From: an uncultured Gemmatimonadaceae bacterium
GTDB lineage: Bacteria > Gemmatimonadota > Gemmatimonadetes > Gemmatimonadales > Gemmatimonadaceae
Length of the DNA: 64,000 nt
Direction: 5' to 3'
NCBI GenBank assembly: GCA_963790305.1
Contig: CAWBOC010000006.1
Span: 96,001 to 160,000, forward strand
Both the position numbers and the translations under genes were made by a program. This document shows, piece after piece, positions 48,852 to 64,000 of the stretch (position 1 is the stretch's first letter; each line of letters begins with the position of its first letter). The notes under the pieces are model-generated. The model was not told the origin of the DNA and searched no databases. It saw nothing but the letters and a program-made list of their open reading frames with translations.

Positions 48852-49841
48852 GTGGCCCAATCCCCGGCAATCTTTTACGCGAGCGATGAGCGCACGCTTC
48901 CATCCGCGGTGCGCGCGTGGCTGGAGGCGCGTTCGTATCCTCTGCTCGTGGTGAATCAGCCGGACGAGCTCATGGGCATCACGCTCCGTGGGCGCCCCCG
49001 AATGGTCATCTTCGACGCGCTCTCGTCGCTCGATCGCGCGGCTGACGCATGCCGCCGTCTCAAGGCGGACTCCTTCACCGGAGTGATCCCCTCGGTCATC
49101 CTCGTTCGAGACGATGTCGCGCTGCTCCAGCGTGCCTTCGCCGTTGGTGCCGATGAGGTGTTGAGCACACAGACGACCCCGCAGGAAATCGCTGCGCGCC
49201 TCGATTCCCTGGTCCGACGCGCCGATCGCGATCTGTACGTGCATCCCTCCACGCGGCTCCCGGGACCGCCAGGTATCGAAGCGGAAATCACCCGCCGACT
49301 GACGACCCCCGAGACCTTTGCTGTTTGCTACGCTGACCTCGACCACTTCAAGGAATACAACGACCGGTATAGCTATTTTGACGGCGACCGCGTCATTCGT
49401 ATTCTGGCGAAGATCCTCCACGACGTCGTGAAAGGCGTGTGCGGCGAGAACGGGTTCGTTGGACATATCGGTGGTGACGACTTCATCTTCATTGTTCCCG
49501 CGACGGCCATCGCGGAGACCTGTCAGGAGATCGTGTCGATCTTCGATGCGCTCGTCCCCTTCCAGTATTCCGAGCAGGATCGGCGTGCAGGGTACTATTT
49601 TGGGAAGGATCGGCGTGGGCAGCTCCATCGTGTGCCTCTCATGACGGTCTCGATCGGGATCGTCACCAATGAACGTCGCCACTTCACGCACCCCGGACAG
49701 GTCAGTGAGCTCGCCACGGAAATGAAGAGCTACGCAAAGACCCTCCCAGGCTCAGTCTTCGTCGTCGATCGCCGCCATGATCCGGCGGTGGAGGACGTAT
49801 CGCCCGCGCCGGCGCCGCTGGAGATCGGAGAAGGGAAGTGA
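48852..49841 (+). CDS. Degenerate receiver + GGDEF diguanylate cyclase
   Basis: DLDHFKEYNDRY, GDRVI, HIGGDDF; N-terminal REC-like segment (VGADEVL). Confidence 0.9.
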   Translation: MAQSPAIFYASDERTLPSAVRAWLEARSYPLLVVNQPDELMGITLRGRPRMVIFDALSSLDRAADACRRLKADSFTGVIPSVILVRDDVALLQRAFAVGADEVLSTQTTPQEIAARLDSLVRRADRDLYVHPSTRLPGPPGIEAEITRRLTTPETFAVCYADLDHFKEYNDRYSYFDGDRVIRILAKILHDVVKGVCGENGFVGHIGGDDFIFIVPATAIAETCQEIVSIFDALVPFQYSEQDRRAGYYFGKDRRGQLHRVPLMTVSIGIVTNERRHFTHPGQVSELATEMKSYAKTLPGSVFVVDRRHDPAVEDVSPAPAPLEIGEGK

Positions 49842-50638
49842 ACGTCTCCTGTCCGGAGTGCCGGTCGGTCTTTCGCGTCGACCCAACAAAGATCCCGACC
49901 GCCGGCGTGCGTGCCCGCTGCAGTGTCTGTGGAGGCGTGATCACGATCGGAAAGGGCGGGACGATCGAGAACGACTTCACCGATGGCCGTGCGGCGGCCG
50001 CTCCCGCTCCGCGTTCTGCCCCGCGCCCTCAACAGGCTCCACCGCCGCGAGCTCCGACGCCTGCTCCGCCAACGCCAGGGGTGGCGCCGTTCGCGCGGAA
50101 TACGCCATTGACGGGATCGCGCCCGGTGACGCCGCCCATCCCGACACCTGCTGCGCCGCGCCCATCCGCGCCGGTTGCGCCCTCGCCGGTGCAGCGACCC
50201 TCGGCGCCCAACGTACCTGGCGCGGGGCGCGCTCCCGCGCAGCCACCGAGCGCGCCGCGTCCGCAGCCCGCTGCGCCGACACCAGTCTCGCCCAGCGCGC
50301 CTACGCCTCGCGTATCCGTGCCAGCGCCCGCATCGCCATCGCCCGCACCCGCGGCACCGGCGGCGCCGTCGCGGTCGATCAATCCGTTCCTCTCGAACGA
50401 TCCGAACGTGAAGGCCAAGCGACTGGCGCGCGCGCTCGTGTCCGACATCGTCGCGTACTTTCCGCAGAAGCGGGAAGAAGGACTGCGCAACGGGACGCTC
50501 AAGCAGCTGTTTCGCGAGGAGATCAAGAAGAGCTACGAGGAGTACGTCGATCAGATGGGGAAGGAGTTCGCAGAGACCACGACGCACTTTCAGGACGCGC
50601 TCAACGAGGTTCTCGCCGGCGGGAAGAAGCTCTTCTAG
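49838..50638 (+). CDS. Zinc-ribbon (MJ0042-type) / Pro-rich linker / helical C-terminal domain protein
   Basis: CPEC..FRVD..RCSVC; about 130-aa Pro/Ala linker; AKRLARALVSDI. Confidence 0.85.
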   Translation: MNVSCPECRSVFRVDPTKIPTAGVRARCSVCGGVITIGKGGTIENDFTDGRAAAAPAPRSAPRPQQAPPPRAPTPAPPTPGVAPFARNTPLTGSRPVTPPIPTPAAPRPSAPVAPSPVQRPSAPNVPGAGRAPAQPPSAPRPQPAAPTPVSPSAPTPRVSVPAPASPSPAPAAPAAPSRSINPFLSNDPNVKAKRLARALVSDIVAYFPQKREEGLRNGTLKQLFREEIKKSYEEYVDQMGKEFAETTTHFQDALNEVLAGGKKLF

Positions 50639-50740
50639 ACGCTAGTCGCAACTCCCCGGTCCACATATATTCCGTTCGACCGAGCCGTCGTTCGCCGCTG
50701 TGGCGCGACGGCTCGTCGCATACCCGGACGTGGAGCGACA

Positions 50741-51856
50741 ATGGCGGAGTCGGATCGAGCTCGCAGGCTGCGCCAGCACGAGGCGCGTCTCGCCGAGCTG
50801 AGGGGGTATCTTTGACCTCGAGCGCAAGCGCGCGACGCTGAGCGCCCTCGAGACGCGCATGGCCGATCCTGGCTTCTGGAGCGATCAGGAGCAGGCGCAG
50901 AAGGTGATCGAGGAGTCCAAGGCGCTCAAGGCGTGGGTGGAGCCTTACGAGCGACTCGCCGCGCGGGTCAAGACGGCGATCGAGCTCGAGGAGATGCTCG
51001 CCGCCGAACCAGATGACGACATGGGGCGGGAGGTCGAGCGCGAGGCGGAGCAGCTCGACACGGAGATCGGCGAATTCGAGCTACGCTCGCTTCTTCGCGG
51101 CGAAGCGGACCATCGCGACGCGCAGGTCGAGATCGCGGCCGGCGCGGGCGGGACCGAGGCGCAGGACTGGGCGAAGATGCTCATGCGCATGTACACGCGG
51201 TGGGCCGAGCGGAAGGGGTTCGACGTCGACATCCTCGACCTGAGCGAAGGGGAAGAAGCCGGGATCAAGGGCGCAATCCTCGAGATCAAAGGCCGGTACG
51301 CGTATGGCTTCCTGCGCCCCGAAGCCGGGGTGCATCGGCTCGTACGCATTTCGCCCTTCGACGCGCAGTCGCGTCGACACACGAGCTTCGCCTCGGTGTT
51401 CGTCTATCCGGTCGTCAACGAGGAGATCAACATCGACCTGCGGGAGGAGGACATCCGCATGGATGTCTTCCGCGCGTCAGGCGCCGGCGGCCAGCACGTC
51501 AACAAGACGAGCTCGGCGGTGCGCCTCACGCACATTCCCTCAGGCATCGTGGTCTCATCGCAGCAGGAGCGCTCGCAGTTCAAGAACCGCGCGACCGCGA
51601 TGAAGGTCCTGAAGAACAAGCTGTATCAGGCCGAAGTCGAGCGGCGCCAGGCGATGAAGGCGGAAATCGACTCTGAGAAGAAGGACATCACGTTCGGCAG
51701 CCAGATCCGCAGCTACGTCTTTCAGCCCTACACGATGGTCAACGACCATCGCACCGAGCTCAAGATCGGCGACGTCCACCGGGTGATGGACGGCGACATC
51801 GACGCCTTCATCGAGGCGTACCTCAAGCGCTTCGGGCAGGGCGGCGAGGCCGCAGC

Positions 51857-51860
<4 letters not shown>
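50741..51860 (+). CDS. prfB: Peptide chain release factor 2, programmed +1 frameshift at 50810-50816
   Basis: AGGGGG-TAT-CTT-TGAC; SPF and GGQ motifs. Confidence 0.97.
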
Positions 51861-53343
<1,483 letters not shown>

Positions 53344-53347
<4 letters not shown>

Positions 53348-54595
53348 CGCGCCTCGAGCTGTCCATCGCGTGGCGGTATCTCGGAGCCGGCGCGATTCGA
53401 AGCTGTTCTCGCTGATCAGCGTCATCGCGATCGGCGGCGTGATCGTCGGGCGTCAGCGCACTGATCGTCATCATCGGCGTCATGAACGGGCTCCAGAACG
53501 ATCTTCGCGAGAAGATTCTCGTCGGCAGCCCCGACATTCGCGTCCTGCCGTTCGGTGATGACATGACGATGGTCGACTGGCAAGCGACCCTCGAAACCGT
53601 CCGCAAGCAGCCCGGCGTCGTCGCCGCGGCGCCATTCATACACACCCAGGCCGTCGCCAGCGCCGGCCACCGCTACGCCGAAGGCGTGATGGTGGTGGGC
53701 ATCCAGCCAGAGTCGCGCACCGCGCAGAAGGTGACCACGATCCGGCAGACCGCGCTGCACGGGGACTTCCGTTTCGCTAGCGCGGACGGGAAGCAGACGA
53801 GGCGTCGTGCTTAGGCCGACGCGTCGCCGATCGGTTCGGCGTCTTTCCCGGTGACAAGATCAACCTCATCGGCTTCGGCGGAACGAAGATCAACGCGGCC
53901 ACCGGCGCCGTCATCCCTCAACTTCAGCAATTCGAGGTCACCGGAATCTTCGAGACGGGGATGTACGAGTACGACAATCAGTACGTGTACATGGCTCTTC
54001 CCGTCGCGCAGGAGTTCGCGGGCCTGGGAACGGCGGTCACGGGCATTGAAGCGCGCACGCCCACGCGCTGGGAGGCGCCGGAAACGGCCGAGCGCCTAGC
54101 CAATGCGCTCTCGCATCATCGCGTGCTGGACTGGCAGGAGCAGAACTGCGTCGCTCTTTCAAGCGCTGAAGCTCGAGAAGCTCGGGATGGGGATCATCCT
54201 GCTGCTGATCGTAGTCGTCGCCGCGTTCAATATCGTGAGTACGCTGACGATGGTCGTGGCGGACAAGACGCGGGAGATCGGCATCCTGAAGGCCATGGGC
54301 ATGACGGCGCGATCGATCCGCAACATTTTCTTCACGCAGGGTGTCGTAATCGGAATCGTTGGAACGGGACTGGGGCTCATGCTTGGAATCGCTGGGGCGC
54401 TGGCGCTCGGGAAGTACAAGCTGATTCGCCTTGATCCCGGCGGTATATTTCATCGATCACCTTCCCGTAGCGCTGGAACCCCTGGACGTTGCCTGGATCG
54501 TCCTGGCAAGTCTCGCGATTGCGGCGGTGGCGACGGTGCACCCGGCGATGCAGGCGGCGAAGCTGTATCCCGTCGACGCAATTCGACACGAATGA
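53344..54595 (+). CDS. lolE: Lipoprotein-releasing ABC permease LolC/E (several frameshifts)
   Basis: [47 protein letters not shown]. Confidence 0.85.
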
Positions 54596-55292
54596 TGGTC
54601 ATCGAGGCGCGCGATCTGGCGAAGTCGTATCGCGGAGGCGACGGCGGGCTCATCCATGTGCTCGACGGCGTCGATCTCGCCGTGCGGCGAGGTGAGATGG
54701 TGGCGATCGTCGGCGCGAGCGGCGCGGGCAAGAGCACACTCCTCCACGTTCTTGGCGCGCTCGATCGGCCGACCCGCGGATCGGTGCTGCTCGACGGTGA
54801 GCCACTGCACGGCCGGCCGGATGACGAGCTGGCCGAAGATTCGCAACCGGAAGATCGGCTTCGTCTTTCAGTTCCATCACCTGCTGCGGGAGTTCTCCGC
54901 CCTCGAGAACGTCATGATGCCGCTCCGGATCGCCGGCTTCGACGTCCGACATGCGCCGATCGCGCGCCGAGGAGCTGCTGGCGCGGGTTGGCCTGAGCGG
55001 ACGCATGACTCATCGCCCGGGCGAGCTCTCCGGCGGCGAGCAGCAGCGCACCGCGGTCGCCCGCGCCCTCGCCATCGATCCGGCCGTGCTCCTGGCCGAT
55101 GAGCCCTCCGGGAACCTCGATCATACCAACAGCGAGCGCCTGCACGAGCTCTTCTCGCAGCTGGCCAGTGACCTCGAGATCGCGATGGTGGTCGTCACTC
55201 ACAACCGGGCGCTCGCGAGCCGTGCCGACCGAGCGTTGCTGCTGGAAGATGGCCGGCTGCGGGATACGGACGTCAAAGAGGTGGTGACCTGA
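54592..55292 (+). CDS. lolD: Lipoprotein-releasing ABC ATPase LolD (frameshifted)
   Basis: [40 protein letters not shown]. Confidence 0.88.
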
Positions 55293-55785
55293 TGTTGTGC
55301 GATGTCTGCGGCGAGCGGGATGCGGTCGTCAAGGTGACCCAGGTGGGTGAACACGGCAAAACGCTCGTGCAGATGTGCGAGCGTTGCGCCGCTGATCGCA
55401 ACATTGAGACGACCGTCAGCCTGTCGAAGAACCCGCTTGGCGAGTTCCTGCTCGACCTGCAGAAGGAGACCTCACCGTCCACCGGGCGACACGGCACGCT
55501 GCAACTTCTGCAACGCCACGCTGCGCGACTTTCGCGCGACTGGGCGACTGGGCTGCGCGCGCTGCTATACGGCGTTCGAGCCGAGCTTGCGCGACCTGCT
55601 CCGCCGCGTGCACGGCAGCTCGAAGCACCTCGGCCGCGCGATATGAGTCGCCCGAGATCGCAATGACCGACGAGCAAACCGAGCTTCACGAGCTTCGCGA
55701 GCGGCTGCGTCGTGCCATCGAGGCCGAGCAATTCGAGCTCGCCGCGGAGCTGCGCGACCGCATCAAGGTGATGGGGGGAGTATGA
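55292..55785 (+). CDS. mcsA: McsA (CxxC + UVR domain; frameshifted)
   Basis: CDVC, CERC, CNFC, GRLGCARCY, EQFELAAELRDRIK. Confidence 0.88.
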
Positions 55786-56859
55786 TCGATCTTTCCCTCC
55801 TTCCGGACAGCGGCGTCAGCTGGCTCGACGCGTCGGGACAGCACGCGGACATCGTCCTTTCGACGCGAATTCGCCTAGCGAGGAACGTGGAAGGGTTCGC
55901 GTTCGGGGCACGCGCCCGGGATGGCGAGCGGCTGCGGATCCTGACGCATGTAAAGGACGCGATTCACGCATCCTCCGGGCTGCACCAGGCCGTACTGGTT
56001 AGGGTGGACGAGCTGCCCCCGTCCGACCGGCTGCTTCTCCACGAGCGCCACCTGGTGAGCAAGGAATTGGCGGGCCTCGACCCCCAGCATCCGGTCCGGT
56101 CCGGGGCTGCGGTGTTTCTCGGGGACAAGTTGGGCGTCATGGTAAATGAAGAGGACCATCTCAGATTGCAATCGTTGCGCTCCGGGTTCAGCCTGTCCGA
56201 GGCGTACGCAGCAGTCGAAGGAGTGGATGCGCGAACTTGGCATGAGAATTCCCCTTGCTTTCCACAGGGAGTTCGGGTTTTTGACCTCGTGTCCGACGAA
56301 TACGGGCACTGGAATGCGGGCGTCGGTGTTAATCCATTTGCCGGGGCTCGTGCTGACGAGGGAGATTGGGAAGGTCCTGGCCAGCCTGCAGCAGATGGGA
56401 TTGACGTACCGCGGGCTGTACGGGGAAGGCAGCGAGGTGGTCGGAAACTTCTTCCAGATCTCGAATCAGACCACGCTCGGCCGGTCGGAAGCGGATCTAC
56501 TCGATCACCTCGATCACGTCGTGAAGAAGGTGATCGAGAACGAGGAGAAGGCGCGGCGGGTATTGCTTCGTGACGCCGGATACGTTATTGAAGACAAACT
56601 CTGGCGCGCGTACGGGACCCTGCGTTATGCCCGAAGCCTCACGTTCGACGAGGCGATGAATTACCTCAGCGGCGTGCGTCTGGCTGTGGGATTGAAACTG
56701 ATCTCCGGCCTTGGTGTATATACTCTCAACAAGCTCCTGATTTTTTCGCAGTCCGCGCACCTGGCGTATGCCGAGGGGCGACCGCTCTCCGAGAGCGAGG
56801 CCAACCTGGCGCGCGCCCGTTACGTGCGGCAGGTGTTGGCGGACGAAGTGGGGATGTGA
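55782..56859 (+). CDS. mcsB: Protein arginine kinase McsB (frameshift near 56225)
   Basis: STRIRLARN, MVNEEDHLR, TSCPTNTGTGMRAS, FQISNQTTLG. Confidence 0.92.
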
Positions 56860-56895
56860 CGTGGCGGCCGAGGGTCCGCCAAAGCTGAGGGAGAC

Positions 56896-59383
<2,488 letters not shown>

Positions 59384-59415
59384 CTCCGCGAACCCGCGGC
59401 ACATCGCGGGGTATC

Positions 59416-59451
59416 ACGGCCGGTCTGCCCTAGTGGGCAGGCCGGCCGTTT
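59416..59451 (+). terminator. Putative terminator after clpC
   Basis: ACGGCCGGTCTGCCC-tagt-GGGCAGGCCGGCCGT, short T-tract. Confidence 0.55.
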
Positions 59452-59471
59452 CGTGTCTATATTACGGGTCT

Positions 59472-61886
59472 ATGGCACGTCTTTCCCTTCTAGCTGTCGT
59501 CGCGCTGGCAGGCACGCCTCTCCTTGCGCAGGAGGAGGGTGCCACACCCGGGCGGTGCGCGGCCCCTGATAGCATTGGTGTTCGCGGCAACCAGCGGGTC
59601 GGCGAGGCAACCATCCGCGCCGACGCGCAGCTCACCGCTGGCCAGCCCCTCAACTTTCGAGGGGTTCAGCGGGCGATTCGCAGCCTGTTCGCGACGGGCC
59701 AGTTCACCGACGTCCGACTGCTCTGCGATGTCGCCGCCAACGGCCGTTCGACACTCGTGATCGAGGTTGCTGAGCGTCCTCTACTTGGTTCGCTTGCCAT
59801 TACCGGCGTGGAGAAGGTGCCGGAGCGGACGGTGCGCGAGAAAGTCGACCTTCTGGTGAACCGGGCCCTCGACCCGAATCAGCTCGCCCGGGCCATGCAG
59901 CGCATCGACTCGGTCTACGAGAACGCGGGCTATTATCTCGCCGAGGTCACGGCGGATACGCAGACCGTGGATGGCAAGGTGAACCTGACCCTCCGGATCG
60001 ACGAAGGGCGTCGGCTCGCGATCTCGGGAATTCGCGTCAACGGCAACTCCGTCATCTCCGACGAGGAAATCGTCGGAGAAATGAAGACGAAGCCCGAGGG
60101 ATTCTGGTGGTTCCGGCGGGGCGAATTCAACGAAGACGAGTACGCCAGCGATCTCGGTGAACGCATCGCGGGGCTCTATGCGAAACGCGGCTTCATCGAC
60201 TTCCAGATCATCAAGGATTCGCTCGTCGTCGACCGTGAGCGTGGCAAGGCGCTGCTGGACATCACGGTCAACGAGGGAAAGCAGTACCGCATAGGCTCGT
60301 TCGAGGTCGTGGGCAACCGCCGCTTCTCGAGTGACGAGATCGAGCGGTTCTATCCCTTCGGCGACGTCTCGCCGACGCTGACCCAGCGGATGCGTGACCT
60401 GCTGACTCGGGGGTCGCGCGACGCGGCAAACGTGTTCGATCAGGCGCAGTGGGAAGACGCCACGGGCAAGCTGCGTACGGCGTACAGCAACGAGGGCTAC
60501 ATCTACGCCCAGGTGCGCCCGGTCATCGATCGCGTTGGAACGACCGGCGATTCCACCCCGGTGGTGAATCTGCGCTGGGAAATCGACGAGCGCTCGCCGG
60601 CGATCGTGAATCGCGTCGACATCGTGGGCAACGACTACACGACCGAAGCATGCATTCGTGATGCGCTGCTGATCCTTCCCGGTGATGTCTTCAACCAGGA
60701 CCGGCTGGTTCGCAGCTATCAGAACATCGCCAACCTCGGCTTCTTCGAAACGCCGCTGCCGACACCCGACACCCGGCCAGCGGGCGAGGAAGGCGACGTC
60801 GACATTGTTTTCGGAGTGAAGGAGAAACGCACGGGGAGCGTCAACTTCGGTGCGTCGGTGGGCGAGGGGACCGGAGTCGGCGGATTTCTTGGGCTGGACC
60901 AGCCCAATCTCTTCGGCCAGTGCAAGCGGGCGTCCCTTCAGTGGCAGTTCGGTGCCAACCAGAAGGAGTTCTCGCTCAGCTTTACCGACCCCGCGATTCA
61001 GCGTTCGCGCATCTCGGGAACGGTGAGCGTCTACCATCGGCGGCTCCGCTACATCGTCGAGGATTACGGGCGCTCGGTGCTCTCCGGTGGATCGCTGCAG
61101 TTCGGGTTTCCGGTGCCACGGTCGCCGTTCACGCGAATCTTCCTTTCGTATGGCGGTGAGCGGGTCGAGCAGCGCGGAGGCATCTTCGACCGCGACACGA
61201 CGATCCTGACGTCGGGCGAGGGATTCCGGTCGAGCCTGGGCGTGTCCGCCCAGCGCGATACCCGCATTGGCTTGCCGTTCGCCACCGCGGGCTCGCTCCA
61301 GACGTTCGCCGCCAGCTTCAACGGGGGACCGTTAGGCGGCAACACGGCGTTCCAGCGGTACACGACCGAGCTCAAGGCGTACGCCCCGCTGTGGACCGTC
61401 GGGGGCGAGCGGCCGGGCAGTCAGCCGCTTCAGTTCACGCTCGGTCTTTCTACACGCGCTGGTGCGGTCTTCGGGGATGTCGGAGCCTTCATCGTGTCCC
61501 AGAAGTTCGGCCTTGGCGGCGTCATGTTCGGCGAGCCGCTGCGTGGCTACAAGGAGTTCTCGATCACGCCGAACGGGTTCGATCCTACCGAGCAGCAGAC
61601 GCGGGCCTCCTTCGGAGACGCCTTTTTCTCGACAACGGCCGAGCTCGGTCTCCGTCTGAACTCGCAGGTGTATTTGAACATGTTCTTCGACGCGGGCAAC
61701 ATTTGGAATAACCCGCGGGAGTTCGACCCCACGCGCCTGTTCCGTGGCGCGGGTGTCGGTGTATCACTGATAACGCCGCTGGGGCCCCTCGGTCTGGACT
61801 GGGCCTACGGCTTCGATCGGACGGATGCCTTCGGCCGTCCGGATCCCAAGTGGGAGCTCCATTTCCGGCTCGGCAATCTCTACTGA
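59472..61886 (+). CDS. bamA: Outer membrane assembly factor BamA
   Basis: POTRA repeats, LRGY, TPLGPLGLDWAYG; upstream of skp-lpxD. Confidence 0.93.
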   Translation: MARLSLLAVVALAGTPLLAQEEGATPGRCAAPDSIGVRGNQRVGEATIRADAQLTAGQPLNFRGVQRAIRSLFATGQFTDVRLLCDVAANGRSTLVIEVAERPLLGSLAITGVEKVPERTVREKVDLLVNRALDPNQLARAMQRIDSVYENAGYYLAEVTADTQTVDGKVNLTLRIDEGRRLAISGIRVNGNSVISDEEIVGEMKTKPEGFWWFRRGEFNEDEYASDLGERIAGLYAKRGFIDFQIIKDSLVVDRERGKALLDITVNEGKQYRIGSFEVVGNRRFSSDEIERFYPFGDVSPTLTQRMRDLLTRGSRDAANVFDQAQWEDATGKLRTAYSNEGYIYAQVRPVIDRVGTTGDSTPVVNLRWEIDERSPAIVNRVDIVGNDYTTEACIRDALLILPGDVFNQDRLVRSYQNIANLGFFETPLPTPDTRPAGEEGDVDIVFGVKEKRTGSVNFGASVGEGTGVGGFLGLDQPNLFGQCKRASLQWQFGANQKEFSLSFTDPAIQRSRISGTVSVYHRRLRYIVEDYGRSVLSGGSLQFGFPVPRSPFTRIFLSYGGERVEQRGGIFDRDTTILTSGEGFRSSLGVSAQRDTRIGLPFATAGSLQTFAASFNGGPLGGNTAFQRYTTELKAYAPLWTVGGERPGSQPLQFTLGLSTRAGAVFGDVGAFIVSQKFGLGGVMFGEPLRGYKEFSITPNGFDPTEQQTRASFGDAFFSTTAELGLRLNSQVYLNMFFDAGNIWNNPREFDPTRLFRGAGVGVSLITPLGPLGLDWAYGFDRTDAFGRPDPKWELHFRLGNLY

Positions 61887-61896
61887 CGGAGTGATC

Positions 61897-62529
61897 ATGG
61901 CAGGCATGGCTCGCGCGGGCGCGGTGGCGCTCGGACTCCTGGTCTTCGGTACGGCCGCTGCGGCGGCTCAGACACCGGTGAAGATCGGGTACATCAAATC
62001 GCAGACGATTCTCGCAAACGCTCCCGGACGCGCAGCGGCGGAGACGCAATTCGAGAAGGAGATGGCAACGTATCGCGCGCAGGTGCAGCGCATGGGCGAT
62101 TCGCTCAATACGCTCATCGCCGACTACAACAAACAGGAAGTATCGCTCTCGCCGCAGGCGAAGGAGACACGACAGAAAGACATTCGTGGGAAGGAGGAGG
62201 AGTACCAGCGCCGCACGCAGGAGCTGCAGCAGCAGGTGCGCGCGCGTGAGGCCGAGCTCGTTCGTCCGATCATGGAGCAGATCAACAAGGTGATCGACGA
62301 GCTGCGCGCCGAGGAAGGCTACTCGATGATCTTCGACGCCGAGAATCAGGCCGGCGTCGTGGTCGCCGCGGACAAGAACCTGGATCTTACCGAGAAGGTG
62401 CTCACCCGCCTCCGTGCCGCCGGTCCACCGACCTCAGCGTCGCGTCCGGCCGGTGCCGGCGCGACACAGCGGCCCGCGGCACCCGCCGCCCAGCAGCCCA
62501 GCGGAGTGCAGCGTCCGAAGCCGCGTTGA
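61897..62529 (+). CDS. skp: OmpH/Skp chaperone
   Basis: KIGYI, coiled coil, GYSMIFD, DLTEKVL. Confidence 0.9.
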   Translation: MAGMARAGAVALGLLVFGTAAAAAQTPVKIGYIKSQTILANAPGRAAAETQFEKEMATYRAQVQRMGDSLNTLIADYNKQEVSLSPQAKETRQKDIRGKEEEYQRRTQELQQQVRAREAELVRPIMEQINKVIDELRAEEGYSMIFDAENQAGVVVAADKNLDLTEKVLTRLRAAGPPTSASRPAGAGATQRPAAPAAQQPSGVQRPKPR

Positions 62530-63593
62530 GCGATTCACCGACCACACGCACGACACCCGGCGGTGAGGGGCCACGGCTCCTCACCGCCGACGCCATCGCC
62601 CAGCTCGTTGGCGGCGAGCTTCGCGGCGATGGCAGCATTCGCGTATCGGCGGTGGCCCCGCTCGATCGCGCGGGGAGCAGCGACCTCACCTTTTTCGCCG
62701 CCGCGCGTTATGCGCCACTCTTTTCGACGACTCAGGCGGGGGCCGCGCTCATAAGTCCCGAGCTGGCGGACGAGCCGGGGGAAGTCCCGGCGCGCATCGT
62801 CGTGGCTCGTCCTCACGAAGCCATGCTGCGGGTGCTGCCGGAACTGTACGTCGCGCCGCCACGACAGGCTGGTGTCCATGCGTCAGCGGTCATCGGGCGC
62901 GGCGCGACGCTCGGGCGCGACGTGGCGCTCGGCGCACATGTGGTGATCGGACGCGATGTCGTCCTCGGCGATCGAGTCACGCTCGATGCCGGGTGCGTCG
63001 TCGGCGATGGGGCCCACGTGGGAGAGGACAGCCATTTATTTCCGAGCGTGAGCGTCTATCCGCGGGCGCGCATTGGCCGTCGCGTGATGATTCACGCGGG
63101 GGCGCGCATTGGCAGTGACGGGTTCGGCTACGTCTTCAATGACGGCGCCCACCAGAAGATCCCGCACGTGGGGCGGTGCGTCATCGGTGACGATGTCGAG
63201 ATCGGCGCGAATACGACGATAGATCGCGGCAGTGTCGATGATACGGTGATCGGTCCGGGGACGAAGATCGACAACCTCGTGCATATCGGTCACAACGTGC
63301 GCGTCGGCGCCCTCTGCCTCATTATGGCCCAGGTCGGCATTGCTGGCTCGACACACGTCGGGGACGGCGCCATTCTCGCGGGGCAGTCGGGGCTCTCCGG
63401 CCATCTCACTGTCGGAAAGGGCGCACGGCTTGGTGCACAGGGTGGGGCGATCAGTGACATCCCGGCGGGCGAGACGTGGTCCGGGTATCCCGCGCGGCCG
63501 CACAAGGAGGCACTGCGTGCGCAGGCAGCGCTCTTTCGGCTTTCCGGACTCATGAAGACGCTCGAGCGTCTGATCGATCGCGAGCGACGGTGA
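62526..63593 (+). CDS. lpxD: UDP-3-O-acylglucosamine N-acyltransferase
   Basis: Hexapeptide repeats, [29 protein letters not shown]. Confidence 0.96.
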   Translation: MSDSPTTRTTPGGEGPRLLTADAIAQLVGGELRGDGSIRVSAVAPLDRAGSSDLTFFAAARYAPLFSTTQAGAALISPELADEPGEVPARIVVARPHEAMLRVLPELYVAPPRQAGVHASAVIGRGATLGRDVALGAHVVIGRDVVLGDRVTLDAGCVVGDGAHVGEDSHLFPSVSVYPRARIGRRVMIHAGARIGSDGFGYVFNDGAHQKIPHVGRCVIGDDVEIGANTTIDRGSVDDTVIGPGTKIDNLVHIGHNVRVGALCLIMAQVGIAGSTHVGDGAILAGQSGLSGHLTVGKGARLGAQGGAISDIPAGETWSGYPARPHKEALRAQAALFRLSGLMKTLERLIDRERR

Positions 63594-64000
63594 GCGGGCG
63601 TCGAACTGTGGCGCAGCGCGTCACGCTCGAGGGCGTGGGACTGCATCTCGGTGAGTCGGTACGACTGACCTTCGCACCTGCGGAGCCGGGCACCGGTGTG
63701 CGCTTTCGCCGGGTGGACGTCCCCAACGCGCCCTCGATTCCCGCGCACGTGTCGCACGCGGTGCAGGTCGAGCGACGAACGCAGCTCGGCAGCGGTGAGG
63801 CGGCCTTCCACACCGTCGAGCACGTGCTCGCGGCAGTCGTTGGCCAGCAGATCGACGACCTCCTGATCGAGCTCGACGCCAGCGAGCCGCCGATCATGGA
63901 CGGAAGTGCCCGTCCGTTCGTCGACGCGCTCGAGCAGGCCGGAATCGTCGAGCGTGGGGGAACCGTCGAGTACCTCGAGCTGCAATCTTCCGTGCGCGTG
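63590..64000 (+). CDS. lpxC: LpxC deacetylase, 5' part (3' truncated by window)
   Basis: [29 protein letters not shown]. Confidence 0.92.
   Translation, partial: MSGRRTVAQRVTLEGVGLHLGESVRLTFAPAEPGTGVRFRRVDVPNAPSIPAHVSHAVQVERRTQLGSGEAAFHTVEHVLAAVVGQQIDDLLIELDASEPPIMDGSARPFVDALEQAGIVERGGTVEYLELQSSVRV

Overview
High-GC bacterial chromosome window, most likely Gemmatimonadota (inferred from the 16S sequence and gene content). It is almost all core genome: serS, a histidine kinase, pcrA, gatCAB; murA; the rimP-nusA-infB-rbfA-truB-ribF-secDF-tatD block; fhs-ridA-selD-tRNA(Sec); murI/lpxH; deoC-ALDH; an outer-membrane cluster (peptidase/WD40/Omp85, LptE); rph-rdgB; three tRNAs; a full 16S-23S-5S operon; era; PorV-like; GGDEF; prfB-lysS-lolE/D-mcsAB-clpC; and bamA-skp-lpxD-lpxC. 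Many conserved genes are broken by single-base frame disruptions (insertions where traced), best explained as long-read consensus errors. Two recoding events look real and are missed by the ORF track: a UGA selenocysteine in SelD, next to tRNA-Sec, and the programmed +1 frameshift of prfB. The least explained signals are (i) intergenic palindromes built from 7- and 9-nt tandem repeats, (ii) a REC-GGDEF gene coupled to a zinc-ribbon/Pro-rich protein with a RomX-like C-terminus, and (iii) a peptidase-WD40-Omp85 gene cluster. No transposase, integrase, prophage or CRISPR array was seen.
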